Part shown: positions 39,011 through 49,564 of the stretch, piece by piece
Position numbering within the stretch: position 1 is the first letter of the stretch
Layout of the letters: each line of letters starts with the position of its first letter
Source: Spirochaetia bacterium
Lineage (GTDB): Bacteria > Spirochaetota > Spirochaetia > DSM-2461
Direction: 5' to 3'
NCBI GenBank assembly: GCA_963666985.2
Contig: CAXXIA010000002.1
Location: forward strand, 2,720,001 to 2,784,000
DNA: 64,000 nt
The notes under the pieces: generated by a model
Seen by the model: the letters and a program-made list of their open reading frames with translations, nothing else
What the model was told of the DNA's origin: nothing
The model's database searches: none
Position numbers and translations under genes: made by a program

Positions 39011-40003
39011 ATGAGAAAAAGACTGGGTAAGGGAGTTCTTCTGTTTGCGGTAATCGGTTTTTGTTTGGCCATGATAACTTCATGTGATTCATCCAAAAAA
39101 AATACAGCGGCCGATAGTGGCCCCGAGAAAGAAAAAGCTTATACGATCGGCTACTGCACCATGGGTTATTCAATTGCTCCATGGGTTTTATTCCTGGGTG
39201 ATAATCTGAAGGCCGAATGTGAAAAACGCGGATGGAAGTTCAACATGCTTTCCGCGGAAGGTGATTCCGAGCTTCAGGCCGAACAAATTCAGACTATGAT
39301 CAGCAAAAAACCCGATTTGATTTTGATTTTTGCCGGTGATGCTTCTCTTTGCGTGGACTGGGTTAAGGATATCGATGCCGCGGGAATACACAGTGTTCTT
39401 GTCGGAATGGATGTAAAAGAGGAAGGCCGAAAATACGCAACAGCTTTTGTCGGACCGGATCAGGAGCAAATGACATATAACGTTGCTTCGGAAATTATTA
39501 AAGAGTATGGTCCGGATGCCGGATTAACCATTGCACAAATCGGCGGTGTTCCGCAGCAGTATGATTATATTGTCCGAGTTAAGGGATTCAACGAGGCATG
39601 CAAGAATACGAATTATACCCTTATAGAACCTGAGTGGGCCCATTCAAATCGCGCCGACGCTCAGGGGAAAATGGAAAATCTATTGGCCACGTATGGTGAT
39701 AAGATTGATATTTTAATGGGTTATGATGACGACTTAACTTTGGGTGCCGTCGCGGCAATCGAAGAAGCCGGACTTACCGGGAAAATTAAGGTTTATTCAA
39801 TAACCGGTATGGTTGAAGCTCTTCATGCTATTGAAGAGGGAAGAATGGTTATGACCGTTCAGAACAGCACGGCCGAGATTGCAAGAGTCTGTGGTAATGT
39901 TATGGATAAGATTCTTTCCGGAGAAAGTGTCGAATATAATAACCCCAGTGAACTTTTCTACATTACAAAAGAGAATGTCGCGGACTATAAAGGCGAGTTC
40001 TAA
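39011..40003 (+). CDS. Sugar-binding lipoprotein (periplasmic binding protein type I)
   Basis: ITSC lipobox, R..GF, DD..LGAVAAIEEAG. Confidence 0.88.
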   Translation: MRKRLGKGVLLFAVIGFCLAMITSCDSSKKNTAADSGPEKEKAYTIGYCTMGYSIAPWVLFLGDNLKAECEKRGWKFNMLSAEGDSELQAEQIQTMISKKPDLILIFAGDASLCVDWVKDIDAAGIHSVLVGMDVKEEGRKYATAFVGPDQEQMTYNVASEIIKEYGPDAGLTIAQIGGVPQQYDYIVRVKGFNEACKNTNYTLIEPEWAHSNRADAQGKMENLLATYGDKIDILMGYDDDLTLGAVAAIEEAGLTGKIKVYSITGMVEALHAIEEGRMVMTVQNSTAEIARVCGNVMDKILSGESVEYNNPSELFYITKENVADYKGEF

Positions 40004-40047
40004 GAGTCCTTTTTATAGTTCAATAGACCATCAATAATAATCAGCAT

Positions 40048-40074
40048 AAGGGGCATTTATTTGCCCCTTTGTTT
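40048..40074 (+). terminator. Hairpin between the binding-protein gene and the flavin reductase gene
   Basis: AAGGGGCA-TTTATT-TGCCCCTT then TGTTT. Confidence 0.45.
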
Positions 40075-40092
40075 AATCCAAGCAAGGTGAAA

Positions 40093-42096
40093 ATGAAAGA
40101 AAACAAGCCGCATTATCCCCATCTGTTCAGTCCGATAACGATAAAGAATACGACGTTTAAAAATCGAATTATATCCGGACCGTCCGGATTGGCACATAGC
40201 CTGACCAACGATGGGATGCTCAGACATGATGGAGCGATATCCTACGGAGCACGCGCAAAAGGCGGAGCAGGCGTTGTAACACTTAATGAATCACTTAACG
40301 ACACGATATTCGGTAAAGCCCACGACAGTCAGCTGGATATGACCAACGAATTGATTCTTCGATCTTTTCAGCAGTTTACCGATTATATTCATTTCTTTAA
40401 TGCAAAAGCATCAATGGAATTGAACCATCCGGGAAAATGGGCGAATCCCGATTATATTAAACGAAATCCCAAGGGACCATCGGCCATGACAACACCCGGC
40501 GGTACGCACGTTGAAGAAATAAACGAAGAGGATATGCAGTTCTTCATAGACGGCTTTGTTCATTCGGCATTGACGGCAAAACGGGCGGGATTTGATATGT
40601 GCTTGCTCCATGCCGGACACGGATGGTTTATTCATCAGTTCCTCTCGCCTTTGGACAACAAACGTACCGACGAATACGGCGGAAGCTTGGAAAATCGGGC
40701 GCGGTTCCCCATAAGAATTATTGAAGCGATCCGAAGAGCCGTCGGGGAAGAATTCATCATTGAGATGCGCTTAAGCATCACGGAACTGACCGAAGGCGGG
40801 ACTCAAGTCGGTGACGCGATTGAATTTGTTAAAATGGTTGAAGATAAAATTGATATTGTCCATTGTTCCGTAGGCACACATACAAATCCCGCGACCAGAG
40901 CGATAACGCATCCGACATATTTCCTGGAGAGCGGATGCAATGTCCATCTTGCCGAAGCCATGAAGAAATCCGGGGTGAAGATACCCGTTACCGCCATCGG
41001 GGCGATTAACGATCCGGAATTGGCGGAACGGATTATAGCGGAGGGGAAAGCCGATTTTGTCGCCATGGTCCGCAGTTTCATCAGCGATCAGGACTGGGCT
41101 GAAAAAGCACGAGCCGGACGCGCGGAAGAGATACGGCCGTGCCTGAAATGTCTGCATTGTCTTGATACGGTCGCCGGTCACGTGGCGCTCACCAGCGCGG
41201 GAACTCAGGACTGCTCCAAGGATTCCAGAAGAATGGAATGCAGTGTCAATCCTACTTTCGGTAGGGAACACCTGATGCATTATTATACCCAGGCGGCATC
41301 GAAGGATCGTAAACGAATCCTTGTAATCGGCGGCGGGCCGGCGGGAATGAATGCGGCTTTGGAATCGGTGAGAAAAGGGAATGAAGTTATCCTTTTTGAG
41401 AAAGAATCGGAACTTGGAGGTCAGATAAGGTATGCGAATTACAGCATTTCTTTTAAAAAAGAGATGAAGAAATACCTTGATTATCTGATTCGTCAGGTTG
41501 GGAAATCAGGCATTGATATCAGACTCAATACCGAAGCCACTCGTGAAGCCGTAAAAAATGAGGAACCTGAAGCGGTTATCGTCGCGGTAGGTGCTTCACC
41601 GTTCATACCCCCGATACCGGGTGCTGATGGCCCCAATGTACTGCATGCCGCGGAAGCGTATACAAAAGTGGAAAGTCTGGGCGGGAATGTTGTGATTGTC
41701 GGCGGAGGACTGGTGGGATGCGAGCAGGCCATACATTTGGCGCAGTGCGGCAAAACGGTTACCGTGATTGAGATGGGTCCCGAGCTGATCCCGGATGCGC
41801 TTTTTACCGAACGCATGCACACGCTTCAGCATATGGAGCCTCTCGCGTCCGCTCATACCGACATGAAATGCACACGCATTGATGAAAAAGGCGTAACCGC
41901 CGTAGATAGCGAGGGAAGAGAAACATTCTTTAAAGCGGACACGGTTGTATTGGCAACCGGTATGCGGCCGAATCGAGAGCTGGGAAATTCATTCCACGGC
42001 TTAGCCTATAACGTTGTGCCGGTGGGCGACTGCGTGAAGCTCGGCAATCTTGTTGGGGCGACACGAAGCGGATTCGACGCCGGTTTACGACTTTAA
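40093..42096 (+). CDS. NADH:flavin oxidoreductase (Old Yellow Enzyme TIM barrel + 4Fe-4S + FAD; FadH/BaiCD-like architecture)
   Basis: LFSPITI, HAGHGWFIHQFLSP, RTDEYGGSLENRARF, CLKCLHC...CSVNP, GGGPAG, GGGLVGCE. Confidence 0.92.
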   Translation: MKENKPHYPHLFSPITIKNTTFKNRIISGPSGLAHSLTNDGMLRHDGAISYGARAKGGAGVVTLNESLNDTIFGKAHDSQLDMTNELILRSFQQFTDYIHFFNAKASMELNHPGKWANPDYIKRNPKGPSAMTTPGGTHVEEINEEDMQFFIDGFVHSALTAKRAGFDMCLLHAGHGWFIHQFLSPLDNKRTDEYGGSLENRARFPIRIIEAIRRAVGEEFIIEMRLSITELTEGGTQVGDAIEFVKMVEDKIDIVHCSVGTHTNPATRAITHPTYFLESGCNVHLAEAMKKSGVKIPVTAIGAINDPELAERIIAEGKADFVAMVRSFISDQDWAEKARAGRAEEIRPCLKCLHCLDTVAGHVALTSAGTQDCSKDSRRMECSVNPTFGREHLMHYYTQAASKDRKRILVIGGGPAGMNAALESVRKGNEVILFEKESELGGQIRYANYSISFKKEMKKYLDYLIRQVGKSGIDIRLNTEATREAVKNEEPEAVIVAVGASPFIPPIPGADGPNVLHAAEAYTKVESLGGNVVIVGGGLVGCEQAIHLAQCGKTVTVIEMGPELIPDALFTERMHTLQHMEPLASAHTDMKCTRIDEKGVTAVDSEGRETFFKADTVVLATGMRPNRELGNSFHGLAYNVVPVGDCVKLGNLVGATRSGFDAGLRL

Positions 42097-42279
42097 CAAA
42101 GAGATGTTACCGATATTATAGAACGCTTCCTTTAATACCAGTCAATGCGGTATTGAGAGAGACGATATTTCGAAAAAAAAATAAATAATATTAATAAATT
42201 TGACTCCGTGGATATTGTCCACTTTTAATTTGAGGAGTAGATTCCCGCCGGAAGTTAATTCCAAGGAGGTGCGACGCAC

Positions 42280-43479
42280 TTGGACACTTTGGTACAGGAG
42301 TTCGTTCGGAAGCCCTATGTGTTTCCGGTGAATAGATTTATCACAAAATCTCGTTTTGAGAAGATTAAGAACTTTTCAAAGACCATTGAAACACCCTTCC
42401 TGGTGGTTGATTTGAACGTGGTGAAAAAGAGATACCAAATGCTGGTGTCGAAAATGCCTTTCGCAAAAGTGTATTACGCGGTTAAGGCCAATCCCATGGA
42501 AGAGGTGATTCTCCTATTAAAGAGTCTGGGCAGTAATTTCGATGTTGCTACCAGAAATGAGCTGGATCAGCTGATCAAGCTCGGTATTGAGCCGGATCGA
42601 ATCAGCTACGGCAACACGATTAAGAAAGAAAGAGATATCCGTTATTTCTATGAATGCGGCGTTCGGCTTTTCGTTACCGACAGCGAGCAGGATTTAAGGA
42701 AGATCGCCGTTCATGCCCCCGGTTCCAAGGTGTTCTTCCGGCTTCTTACCGAAGGAAAAGGCGCGGACTGGCCTCTTTCCCGAAAATTCGGTTCTCATCC
42801 CGATATGACCTACAGTTTGGCGATTCTCGCGCGGGATTTGGGATTGGAGCCCTACGGGCTGTCTTTTCATGTCGGATCCCAGCAACGGGACATCGGTGCC
42901 TGGGATGATGCGATTTCCAAATGTACCTATCTTTTTCAATCTTTGAAGAAAGATCAGAATATCGGTCTGAAGATGATTAACATGGGCGGTGGTTTTCCGG
43001 CCAACTATCTTCAGCCTACGCAGAAGTTCGATCTCTACGTGAAGGCGATCGATCATTTCCTTAAGGATGACTTCGGCGATGATTTGCCGGAGATTGTCAT
43101 CGAACCCGGCCGTTCCATGGTGGCCGACGCGGGTATGATTGTTACCGAAGTGATTATGACCTCCTATAAGTCCAGTTATTCTCCGAACAAATGGGTTTAT
43201 GTCGATATCGGGCTCTTCGGCGGACTCATCGAAACAATCGGAGAATCCATCAAGTATCCCATTTTCGCCGATAAAGATGGGATGGGCGAGGATGTCATCA
43301 TCGCGGGTCCGACATGCGACAGCATGGATATCCTCTATGAAGAATTTAAATATCAGCTTCCCGATACCCTGGAGCCGGGAGATCGGATATACATCGGTAC
43401 GACGGGTGCCTATACCCAGAGCTACAGTTCCGTGTCTTTCAACGGGATTCCTCCGCTGAAGGCTTATATCCTGAGCTGA
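42280..43479 (+). CDS. Fold-type III PLP ornithine/lysine decarboxylase
   Basis: YAVKAN, FHVGSQ, MGGGF, EPGR, GPTCDS, GAYT; AAGGAGG RBS. Confidence 0.92.
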   Translation: MDTLVQEFVRKPYVFPVNRFITKSRFEKIKNFSKTIETPFLVVDLNVVKKRYQMLVSKMPFAKVYYAVKANPMEEVILLLKSLGSNFDVATRNELDQLIKLGIEPDRISYGNTIKKERDIRYFYECGVRLFVTDSEQDLRKIAVHAPGSKVFFRLLTEGKGADWPLSRKFGSHPDMTYSLAILARDLGLEPYGLSFHVGSQQRDIGAWDDAISKCTYLFQSLKKDQNIGLKMINMGGGFPANYLQPTQKFDLYVKAIDHFLKDDFGDDLPEIVIEPGRSMVADAGMIVTEVIMTSYKSSYSPNKWVYVDIGLFGGLIETIGESIKYPIFADKDGMGEDVIIAGPTCDSMDILYEEFKYQLPDTLEPGDRIYIGTTGAYTQSYSSVSFNGIPPLKAYILS

Positions 43480-43615
43480 CTCTTTCTCTTCCGGATTCCG
43501 GGCCATTCGGTCCGGAATCGCATAAAGACGGTTCGGCGGAAATCCGTCGGATCGCCTTTTTCTTCGACATTTTTCCGACGAAACCTCCTTTTTTACAGTT
43601 TTTGTTCTTCGTCGC

Positions 43616-43674
43616 TTGACAATGGAACAGGTGTTCCATATTATTTGCTCAATATGGAGCGGGTGCTTCATATT
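43616..43674 (+). promoter_or_regulatory. Sigma70 promoter with two TetR-type operators
   Basis: TTGACA-17 nt-TATTAT; ATGGAACA-GG-TGTTCCAT at 43622-43639 and ATGGAGCG-GG-TGCTTCAT at 43654-43671. Confidence 0.8.
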
Positions 43675-43697
43675 AAAATCAATGAAGGAAGTGAAAG

Positions 43698-44258
43698 ATG
43701 AAGAACAAGGTCTTGAGCGGAGAATCCCGAATCGGGAATATCCTTTTCCGAAAAATGCTTTCATGGCTGGAAAGCCCGGCACGATCGGGATTCGGTGATG
43801 CCGAGACGCTGTTGGCGGCATCCGGGCTGAAAAGCGGGCAGAGAGTTTTGGAAGTGGGCTGCGGATCGGGTTATTTTACACCGATTATTTCTCAACTCGT
43901 TGGGAAGGACGGTTCGGTTGACGCGATCGATATGCACCCTGCGGCTTTGGAGGTCACCCAAAAAAAGATTGAAGAGCTTCGGCTCTCCAATGCCCGTGTG
44001 ACCGGAGCGGATGCCCATGCCACAGCGTTTCCGGACGAATCGTTCGATGCGGTTATTCTTTTCGGTGTTGTTCCCGCGCCGGTGATTTCGGAGCCTCGGC
44101 TGGCATCCGAGCTGCATCGTGTGCTAAAGCCCGGCGGAACTTTGGCGGTTTGGACCCTTTCTCCTTTTTGGAGTCCGAGAGTACTGATGAAGCATGCGCC
44201 TTTCGGAAGCGCCGGTTGTGCCCGGAAGGTTCATCGGCTGATGAAGCATGCGGCCTGA
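43698..44258 (+). CDS. Class I SAM-dependent methyltransferase
   Basis: VLEVGCGSG, FPDESFD, HRVLKPGG. Confidence 0.9.
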   Translation: MKNKVLSGESRIGNILFRKMLSWLESPARSGFGDAETLLAASGLKSGQRVLEVGCGSGYFTPIISQLVGKDGSVDAIDMHPAALEVTQKKIEELRLSNARVTGADAHATAFPDESFDAVILFGVVPAPVISEPRLASELHRVLKPGGTLAVWTLSPFWSPRVLMKHAPFGSAGCARKVHRLMKHAA

Positions 44259-44285
44259 AGGCGATGAGAAGAAGGAGCGGCGGCT

Positions 44286-44861
44286 GTGCAGGTGCTGAAA
44301 CCCCATATCAGACGGAAAATTCTCGATGCGGCCGAACGGATGTTTTTTGATTACGGATTCGATGCCACCTCCACGCGGAGTATTGCCCGTGAGGTGGATA
44401 TCAGCGTTGGTAATCTTTACAAGTACTTCAAGGATAAAAACGATATTTTCGCCGCGGTGGTGGAGCCGTTCTACGCTTTCGTGCGGGACGATATTGACGC
44501 TTTATTTACGGAAGACCACGCCGAATCACCGGAGGAAAGTACCGGAGAGATTTTCTCCACAATCATGAACATGATGAAGCGGGACCGATATCGGTTCGTC
44601 ATCCTGATTAACCGGAGCCGGGGAACGGCTTACGGGCATATCAAGGGCGAGTTGGTCGACAGCATCACACGCCATATGCGGGAGAGCATCAGCCGGGAGG
44701 CGGTGAATGATGATTATGTTCTTCATTTGATTGCGGCGAATCTTATCGAAGGGATTCTGAAGGCGGCGGAGCGCTATCATGACGATCTTCCTTCCCTTGA
44801 AGCGTGCATCGATATTCTGGTGCGTCATCACATGAGGGGCATAGGTCCTTTCATCTCATGA
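44286..44861 (+). CDS. TetR-family regulator
   Basis: ILDAA...F...GF..TSTRSIA...ISVGNLYKYFKDK. Confidence 0.92.
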   Translation: MQVLKPHIRRKILDAAERMFFDYGFDATSTRSIAREVDISVGNLYKYFKDKNDIFAAVVEPFYAFVRDDIDALFTEDHAESPEESTGEIFSTIMNMMKRDRYRFVILINRSRGTAYGHIKGELVDSITRHMRESISREAVNDDYVLHLIAANLIEGILKAAERYHDDLPSLEACIDILVRHHMRGIGPFIS

Positions 44862-45903
44862 AAAGGACGGCGGCGGGTGTTTTGACGGCGTTCGGCGCGG
44901 TCTGCCTTTTAGGCGTCGGACTCGGCGCGGTTTATGTTCATCGTAACCTGAATTATTTAAATGTTCCCCTGAAGGCTGCTGCGGAGGCCGGATTTGCCGA
45001 AAAAACCGCTCTTCTTCCCGACGGGACGGTTCTGAATTACGGCGAAGGCGGTGAGGGGAGTCCCCTTCTTTTGCTTCACGGTCAGGGAGCGGCCTGGGAG
45101 GACTATGCTGAGGTTCTTCCGAAGCTGGCGAAGAGTTTTCATGTCTATGCGGTGGACTGTCATGGTCACGGTCAATCCGGCCATAATCCGCGGAGGCCAT
45201 GGGAGAGGATCTTATTTGGTTCATGGAGCATATCATCGGCGAAGCGGCGGTGGTTTCCGGGCATTCATCCGGAGGACTGCTTGCCGCGTGGCTGGCGGCG
45301 AACAGCCCTGAAAATGCTGCCGGAATTGTCTTGGAAGATCCTCCGCTGTTTTCCGGTGAAGGGGAAAGAGCTCTTCAAACATTTGCCTGGATCGACAGTT
45401 TTACTCCCGCGCATGATTTTCTGAATCAGAATGTGATTCAGGATTATCCCCTTTACTATCTTCAGCACTGTCGGTGGATTCAGTTCTTCGGGGATGCCGG
45501 GGAGAAGATCATTGATGCCGCCGGGAGATATCGGGAAAGCCATGAGGGGCCGCTGAAGTTTCCCTTTTTGCCTCCGTCCATAACACGGCCGTTTTTTTTT
45601 CTGGATGATTACGATCCGCGATTCGGAAACGCTTTTTATGATTTCTCCTGGTTTCAGGGTTTCGATCAGGCGGAGATTCTCTCCCGGATTCAATGTCCGG
45701 CCGTGCTGATTCATAATCGGTGGAGTATCGATGAAAACGGGATTCTGCTGGGAGCCATGAATGATTCGGATGCGCAAAGATCTGCTGCATTAATGAAAGA
45801 TTGTGTTCTAATTGATTTGGATTCGGGGCATAATTCCCATGCACGGCGGCCGAAGGATTTTACAGCGATTCTCGTTGAGTTTTCCGGCCGGATTGACGAT
45901 TGA
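44858..45903 (+). CDS. Membrane-anchored alpha/beta hydrolase split by a frameshift or small deletion near 45190
   Basis: LLLHGQ, DCHGHGQS in one frame; AEAMGED, GHSSGG, EDPP, SGHNSH in the next. Confidence 0.8.
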
Positions 45904-45993
45904 GTCTTATTTGGAAAAATTCTTGTTTAATCGCTATGCGATTGAACGGGTGGTATTTTGAATTGGCCGCAAGTAACGAAAGGTGGATTTATC

Positions 45994-46671
45994 ATGACTT
46001 TCAACCCCGCGGTATTCGGCGAGGGATTTCATGTATTCGTTCAAAGCGAATACGCCGTATTCGGTTTTTTAAGCCCTATTTTTCATGTATTAAGCCTTAT
46101 CCTTTTGGTTCTGACGGCTGTGTTCGGGAATCGGATTCGGCGATTGTTCACCGTATATTTCACAGTCGGCTGGATGTTCCTTTTCGGTTATTGGGGAATC
46201 TACGGCATTCTGTACTGGCTGGAAATCGGCTGGGTTTATTTGGCGGTTTATTGCGCCGCTCCCGTTCTGCTGTGTCTGATTACCTGTCAATGGATACATG
46301 AGGTTTTTCGGCCGAGCCTGGATTTGGATCTTCGGTTCGGTTGGCGTCTGGCAGCCGTACTGCCGATTCTGATTTGGGGTTTCTGGTATCCGTCTTATAT
46401 TTATGGTACGGGATTTGTTTTTAATCCGAAGGATTTGCTGTTTTCCTATTACGGACTCATGCCTTGTCCCACGACGATGGTGGTGCTCAGTCTGATAAGT
46501 GTCAATTATCCCAGGGGAAACCGGCGGCTCTATCATCTGATGAGTGCGTACGCTCTTTTTATCGGCGGCGCCACGGTGGCCTCGGGATGGCTTCCGGACA
46601 TTCCTTTCGTCGTTCTCGGCCTTTATACGTTTATTTTGGGGCTTCTCTATCGATTCGGTAAAAAGGTATGA
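45994..46671 (+). CDS. Hypothetical multi-pass membrane protein
   Basis: About 7 aromatic-rich hydrophobic segments, YGLMPCPTT motif, AAGGTGG RBS. Confidence 0.7.
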   Translation: MTFNPAVFGEGFHVFVQSEYAVFGFLSPIFHVLSLILLVLTAVFGNRIRRLFTVYFTVGWMFLFGYWGIYGILYWLEIGWVYLAVYCAAPVLLCLITCQWIHEVFRPSLDLDLRFGWRLAAVLPILIWGFWYPSYIYGTGFVFNPKDLLFSYYGLMPCPTTMVVLSLISVNYPRGNRRLYHLMSAYALFIGGATVASGWLPDIPFVVLGLYTFILGLLYRFGKKV

Positions 46672-46812
46672 TTTTCAGCGCGGTAGGTTCCATCCTCCGG
46701 ATTTGCGGAAATCCGAAATCCGTCGGCGCCGCCGAATCCATCATTGCTTGGAATTGGCGTTCTTAGGAGTATTTCATAGCCTATTATCTTTTTGCAGGGT
46801 GTTGATGAAGTC

Positions 46813-47421
46813 ATGAATTGTAAGCCGCCGGCGTTCCGACACCGATTTCATGCCGCGGAACTCTTTTCGGCCGCGATAAAACTCTATCCGGCTCTCTTTC
46901 GTCTGATGCAGGATGGAAAGGCACGGAGTCTTTCCGGAAGTTTTCGTGAGCGGATTATGCTGGCCGTTACCGAAGTAAACGGCTGTGCGCTTTGTTCCTA
47001 TGCTCATGCGCGAATGGCGTTGGAGGAGGGAATCCCGGAAGAGGAGATTAACGCTCTGCTTTCGGCGAGTTCGGAACATGTCCCTTTGGAAGAACGCAAA
47101 GCGGTCTTCTATGCGCAGCATTACGCCGATACTCTCGGGAAACCTGATTCGGCGGCCTATCAAACGATTCTTGATGAATATGGTCCGCAAAAGACGCGTG
47201 TTATCATCGCATCGATACGAACGATTATGTACGGGAATGTCTGCGGTCTTCCGGCGAGCGCGTTTCTTTCCCGTCTTAGAGGAAAACCGTATTCCAACAG
47301 CAGCCTCTTCTATGAATTGGGGATGATTCTCGCGATTCTTCCGGCAACCTTGCTGGCTTTTTTCCCGGCGGCGATCAATCTTTTTCTGGGAAGAACGATT
47401 CTGAAAATGGGCGGAAAATAA
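46813..47421 (+). CDS. AhpD/carboxymuconolactone decarboxylase family protein
   Basis: ERIMLAVTEVNGCALCSYAH. Confidence 0.85.
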   Translation: MNCKPPAFRHRFHAAELFSAAIKLYPALFRLMQDGKARSLSGSFRERIMLAVTEVNGCALCSYAHARMALEEGIPEEEINALLSASSEHVPLEERKAVFYAQHYADTLGKPDSAAYQTILDEYGPQKTRVIIASIRTIMYGNVCGLPASAFLSRLRGKPYSNSSLFYELGMILAILPATLLAFFPAAINLFLGRTILKMGGK

Positions 47422-47621
47422 TTCGTTTCCGGTGAAAAAACGGGCGAGATTTCGTAATCCGATTTCATTGCGGCGTTCGGCGGTTTCTTAAGATTTCTTC
47501 CGACAGCTTTTCACGGTCGCATGCGTTAAGATTCCAAGAGTTCCGCCGACTTTCGGCCGTTCCTCATTGCGTGACGATCCGTTCATCATTATGCTGAATT
47601 CGTCGTTTATCGGAGGTTTCC

Positions 47622-48257
47622 ATGTCGGATAATGTCGCGTCTTCCCGTATTCAAGTGAAAGGTGAACTTACGGATTTGCCCGGCCGAGGGCTGTGGCTGA
47701 TAAAATGGCTGCTGATTATTCCTCATATTATTATTTTGGCTTTTTTAGGCGTTGCGGCTGTTTTCGTAACGATTATCGCCTTTTTCGCCATTGTGTTTAC
47801 CGGACAGTATCCCCGCTCACTTTTCGATTTTGTCGTCGGTGTACTTCGATGGGGCTGGCGGGTTGGATTTTACAGTTATCGGGCCTTGGGGACGGACCGT
47901 TATCCGCCGTTCACTCTGGCCTCGGTAGAGGATTATCCGGCCGATTTGCATATCGATTATCCCGAAACCTTATGCCGCTGGAAGCCGCTGGTGAAATGGT
48001 TTCTCGCCGTTCCACACTATCTTATTCTTGCCGCTCTCGTGGGAGGAAATTTGGGCGGTGCCGGAGATCCCGACATTTATTTCGGCGGACTGCTCTATGT
48101 GCTTCTTTTAATTGCCGCCGTGGTCCTTTTATTCACCGCCGCCTATCCGAAGGATATTTTCCGGCTTGTCATGGGAATCAACCGCTGGGGATTTCGTGTG
48201 TGCGCATATGTCGGCCTTTTAACCGACGAATATCCGCATTTTCGGCTTTTGGATTAG
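47622..48257 (+). CDS. DUF4389-family membrane protein (two repeats)
   Basis: LIKWLLIIPH...FTGQYPR.LFDF..G..RW..RV...TDRYPPF, repeated twice. Confidence 0.85.
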   Translation: MSDNVASSRIQVKGELTDLPGRGLWLIKWLLIIPHIIILAFLGVAAVFVTIIAFFAIVFTGQYPRSLFDFVVGVLRWGWRVGFYSYRALGTDRYPPFTLASVEDYPADLHIDYPETLCRWKPLVKWFLAVPHYLILAALVGGNLGGAGDPDIYFGGLLYVLLLIAAVVLLFTAAYPKDIFRLVMGINRWGFRVCAYVGLLTDEYPHFRLLD

Positions 48258-48345
48258 CGGACCGAAAACCGTACGGTACCCGAGGAACGCCGATTGGGAT
48301 GCTGATTCGCAGTGTTCCGGCGGGAACCGCGGTTCTTCGTGATTA

Positions 48346-49455
48346 TTAACGGTTTTTAGGCGATTTCCGAAATTCCCCCGGGTTTACCCCGACGTGTTTT
48401 ACAAAGCACGCATTGAACGCGGATCGCGATCGGAAACCGCTGGCGAACGCCACGTCCAGCAAATTCCTGTCGGGCTCTCCGGTAAGCAGGCGTTTTGCCT
48501 CTTCAATGCGGTATCCGTTGATGTATGTCCGGAAGGACATTCCGAGTTCCTTATTCAGGATTTCTGAGAGCTGGTGGGGGGAAAGACCGATAAGCTTGCC
48601 TGTTTTTGTCAGATCCAGTTCTTCATCAAGGTAGATCCGATTTTGTTCCATTAAGTTTCTCAAAAGGTCGATTTTCTTTTCTACGTTGATGTTTTCAAGT
48701 TTGGACATTCGGTAGCGGGAATCGGAGATTGCCTCGCGAATGGCCTCGAGAGGATGATGATCGGCGGAATGAAGGAGCCGGAGCGCAAGAGCGAGATATC
48801 CGATCGCCAGAACGGAAAAGGATTCGAGAATATGCGCCTGTGTTATGAGACTGGCGGTGTAAACGACGGACCAAGTTAGAACCAGCGCGCTGTAAATCCA
48901 AAGAGAACGGGCCTCATGCAGTCTGGGTGAGTGCCCTCGGGCCAAGATTATTCCTATGCGGATTGAAAAGGCCGAGAGCGCTCCCAGGAGCACTATTGTG
49001 GTTCCTCTGTCGATCAGATAGAGAATCCCAGACATCAGGGGAGAGGCTACGTTCCAAAGAGAACCTTGAATAAGAATCTGGGCTCCCGACTGAAGAAAAT
49101 AAGGAAGCATTACGGCCGTAACCGCAACCGCCGGAAGAAAGAGAAGAATATGCTTTCGACTTATACGGTAATCGCGGTCAACGAGAAGATTGAAAAAAAT
49201 ATAGAGGCTGGGGGCCAGTGTATATTCCAGAGGATGCGTGAGATAGAGAATATGGGGCATGAGGGGTGCGAGATCCATCCGCTGCAGGACGTCGACGATA
49301 ACGTCCGTTCCGCCCGTTATGAAGGCGATGGCCCCCCAGATTTCCACGGGATTCCCTCGCCGAACAAACAGTCGGCCTATCCCAAGCAGAATAAGAACAT
49401 AGGCATTCGCCGCGCTGAGGATATCGACGCACATGAGGGCGATATGAGGCATCAT
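48346..49455 (-). CDS. Multi-TM membrane-anchored AraC-family regulator (copy 3)
   Basis: About 6-7 TM segments, YLDEEL, PHQLSEILN, VAFASGFRSRSAFN; divergent from the lipoprotein gene. Confidence 0.9.
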   Translation of the reverse strand: MMPHIALMCVDILSAANAYVLILLGIGRLFVRRGNPVEIWGAIAFITGGTDVIVDVLQRMDLAPLMPHILYLTHPLEYTLAPSLYIFFNLLVDRDYRISRKHILLFLPAVAVTAVMLPYFLQSGAQILIQGSLWNVASPLMSGILYLIDRGTTIVLLGALSAFSIRIGIILARGHSPRLHEARSLWIYSALVLTWSVVYTASLITQAHILESFSVLAIGYLALALRLLHSADHHPLEAIREAISDSRYRMSKLENINVEKKIDLLRNLMEQNRIYLDEELDLTKTGKLIGLSPHQLSEILNKELGMSFRTYINGYRIEEAKRLLTGEPDRNLLDVAFASGFRSRSAFNACFVKHVGVNPGEFRKSPKNR

Positions 49456-49477
49456 TTTTAATTTTAATCCCAATTTA

Positions 49478-49503
49478 TTGTCCTACTCTATAGATCAGGA
49501 CGA
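49478..49503. promoter_or_regulatory. 26-bp imperfect palindrome, candidate membrane-AraC operator (site 2)
   Basis: TTGTCCTACTCTATAGATCAGGACGA; TACCAT starts 20 nt after its last base. Confidence 0.6.
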
Positions 49504-49564
49504 TTGTTTGTTATGGCCTCGATACCATTTCGTACAACTCAGCGTTCTTTCAGTGGAGGTACGT

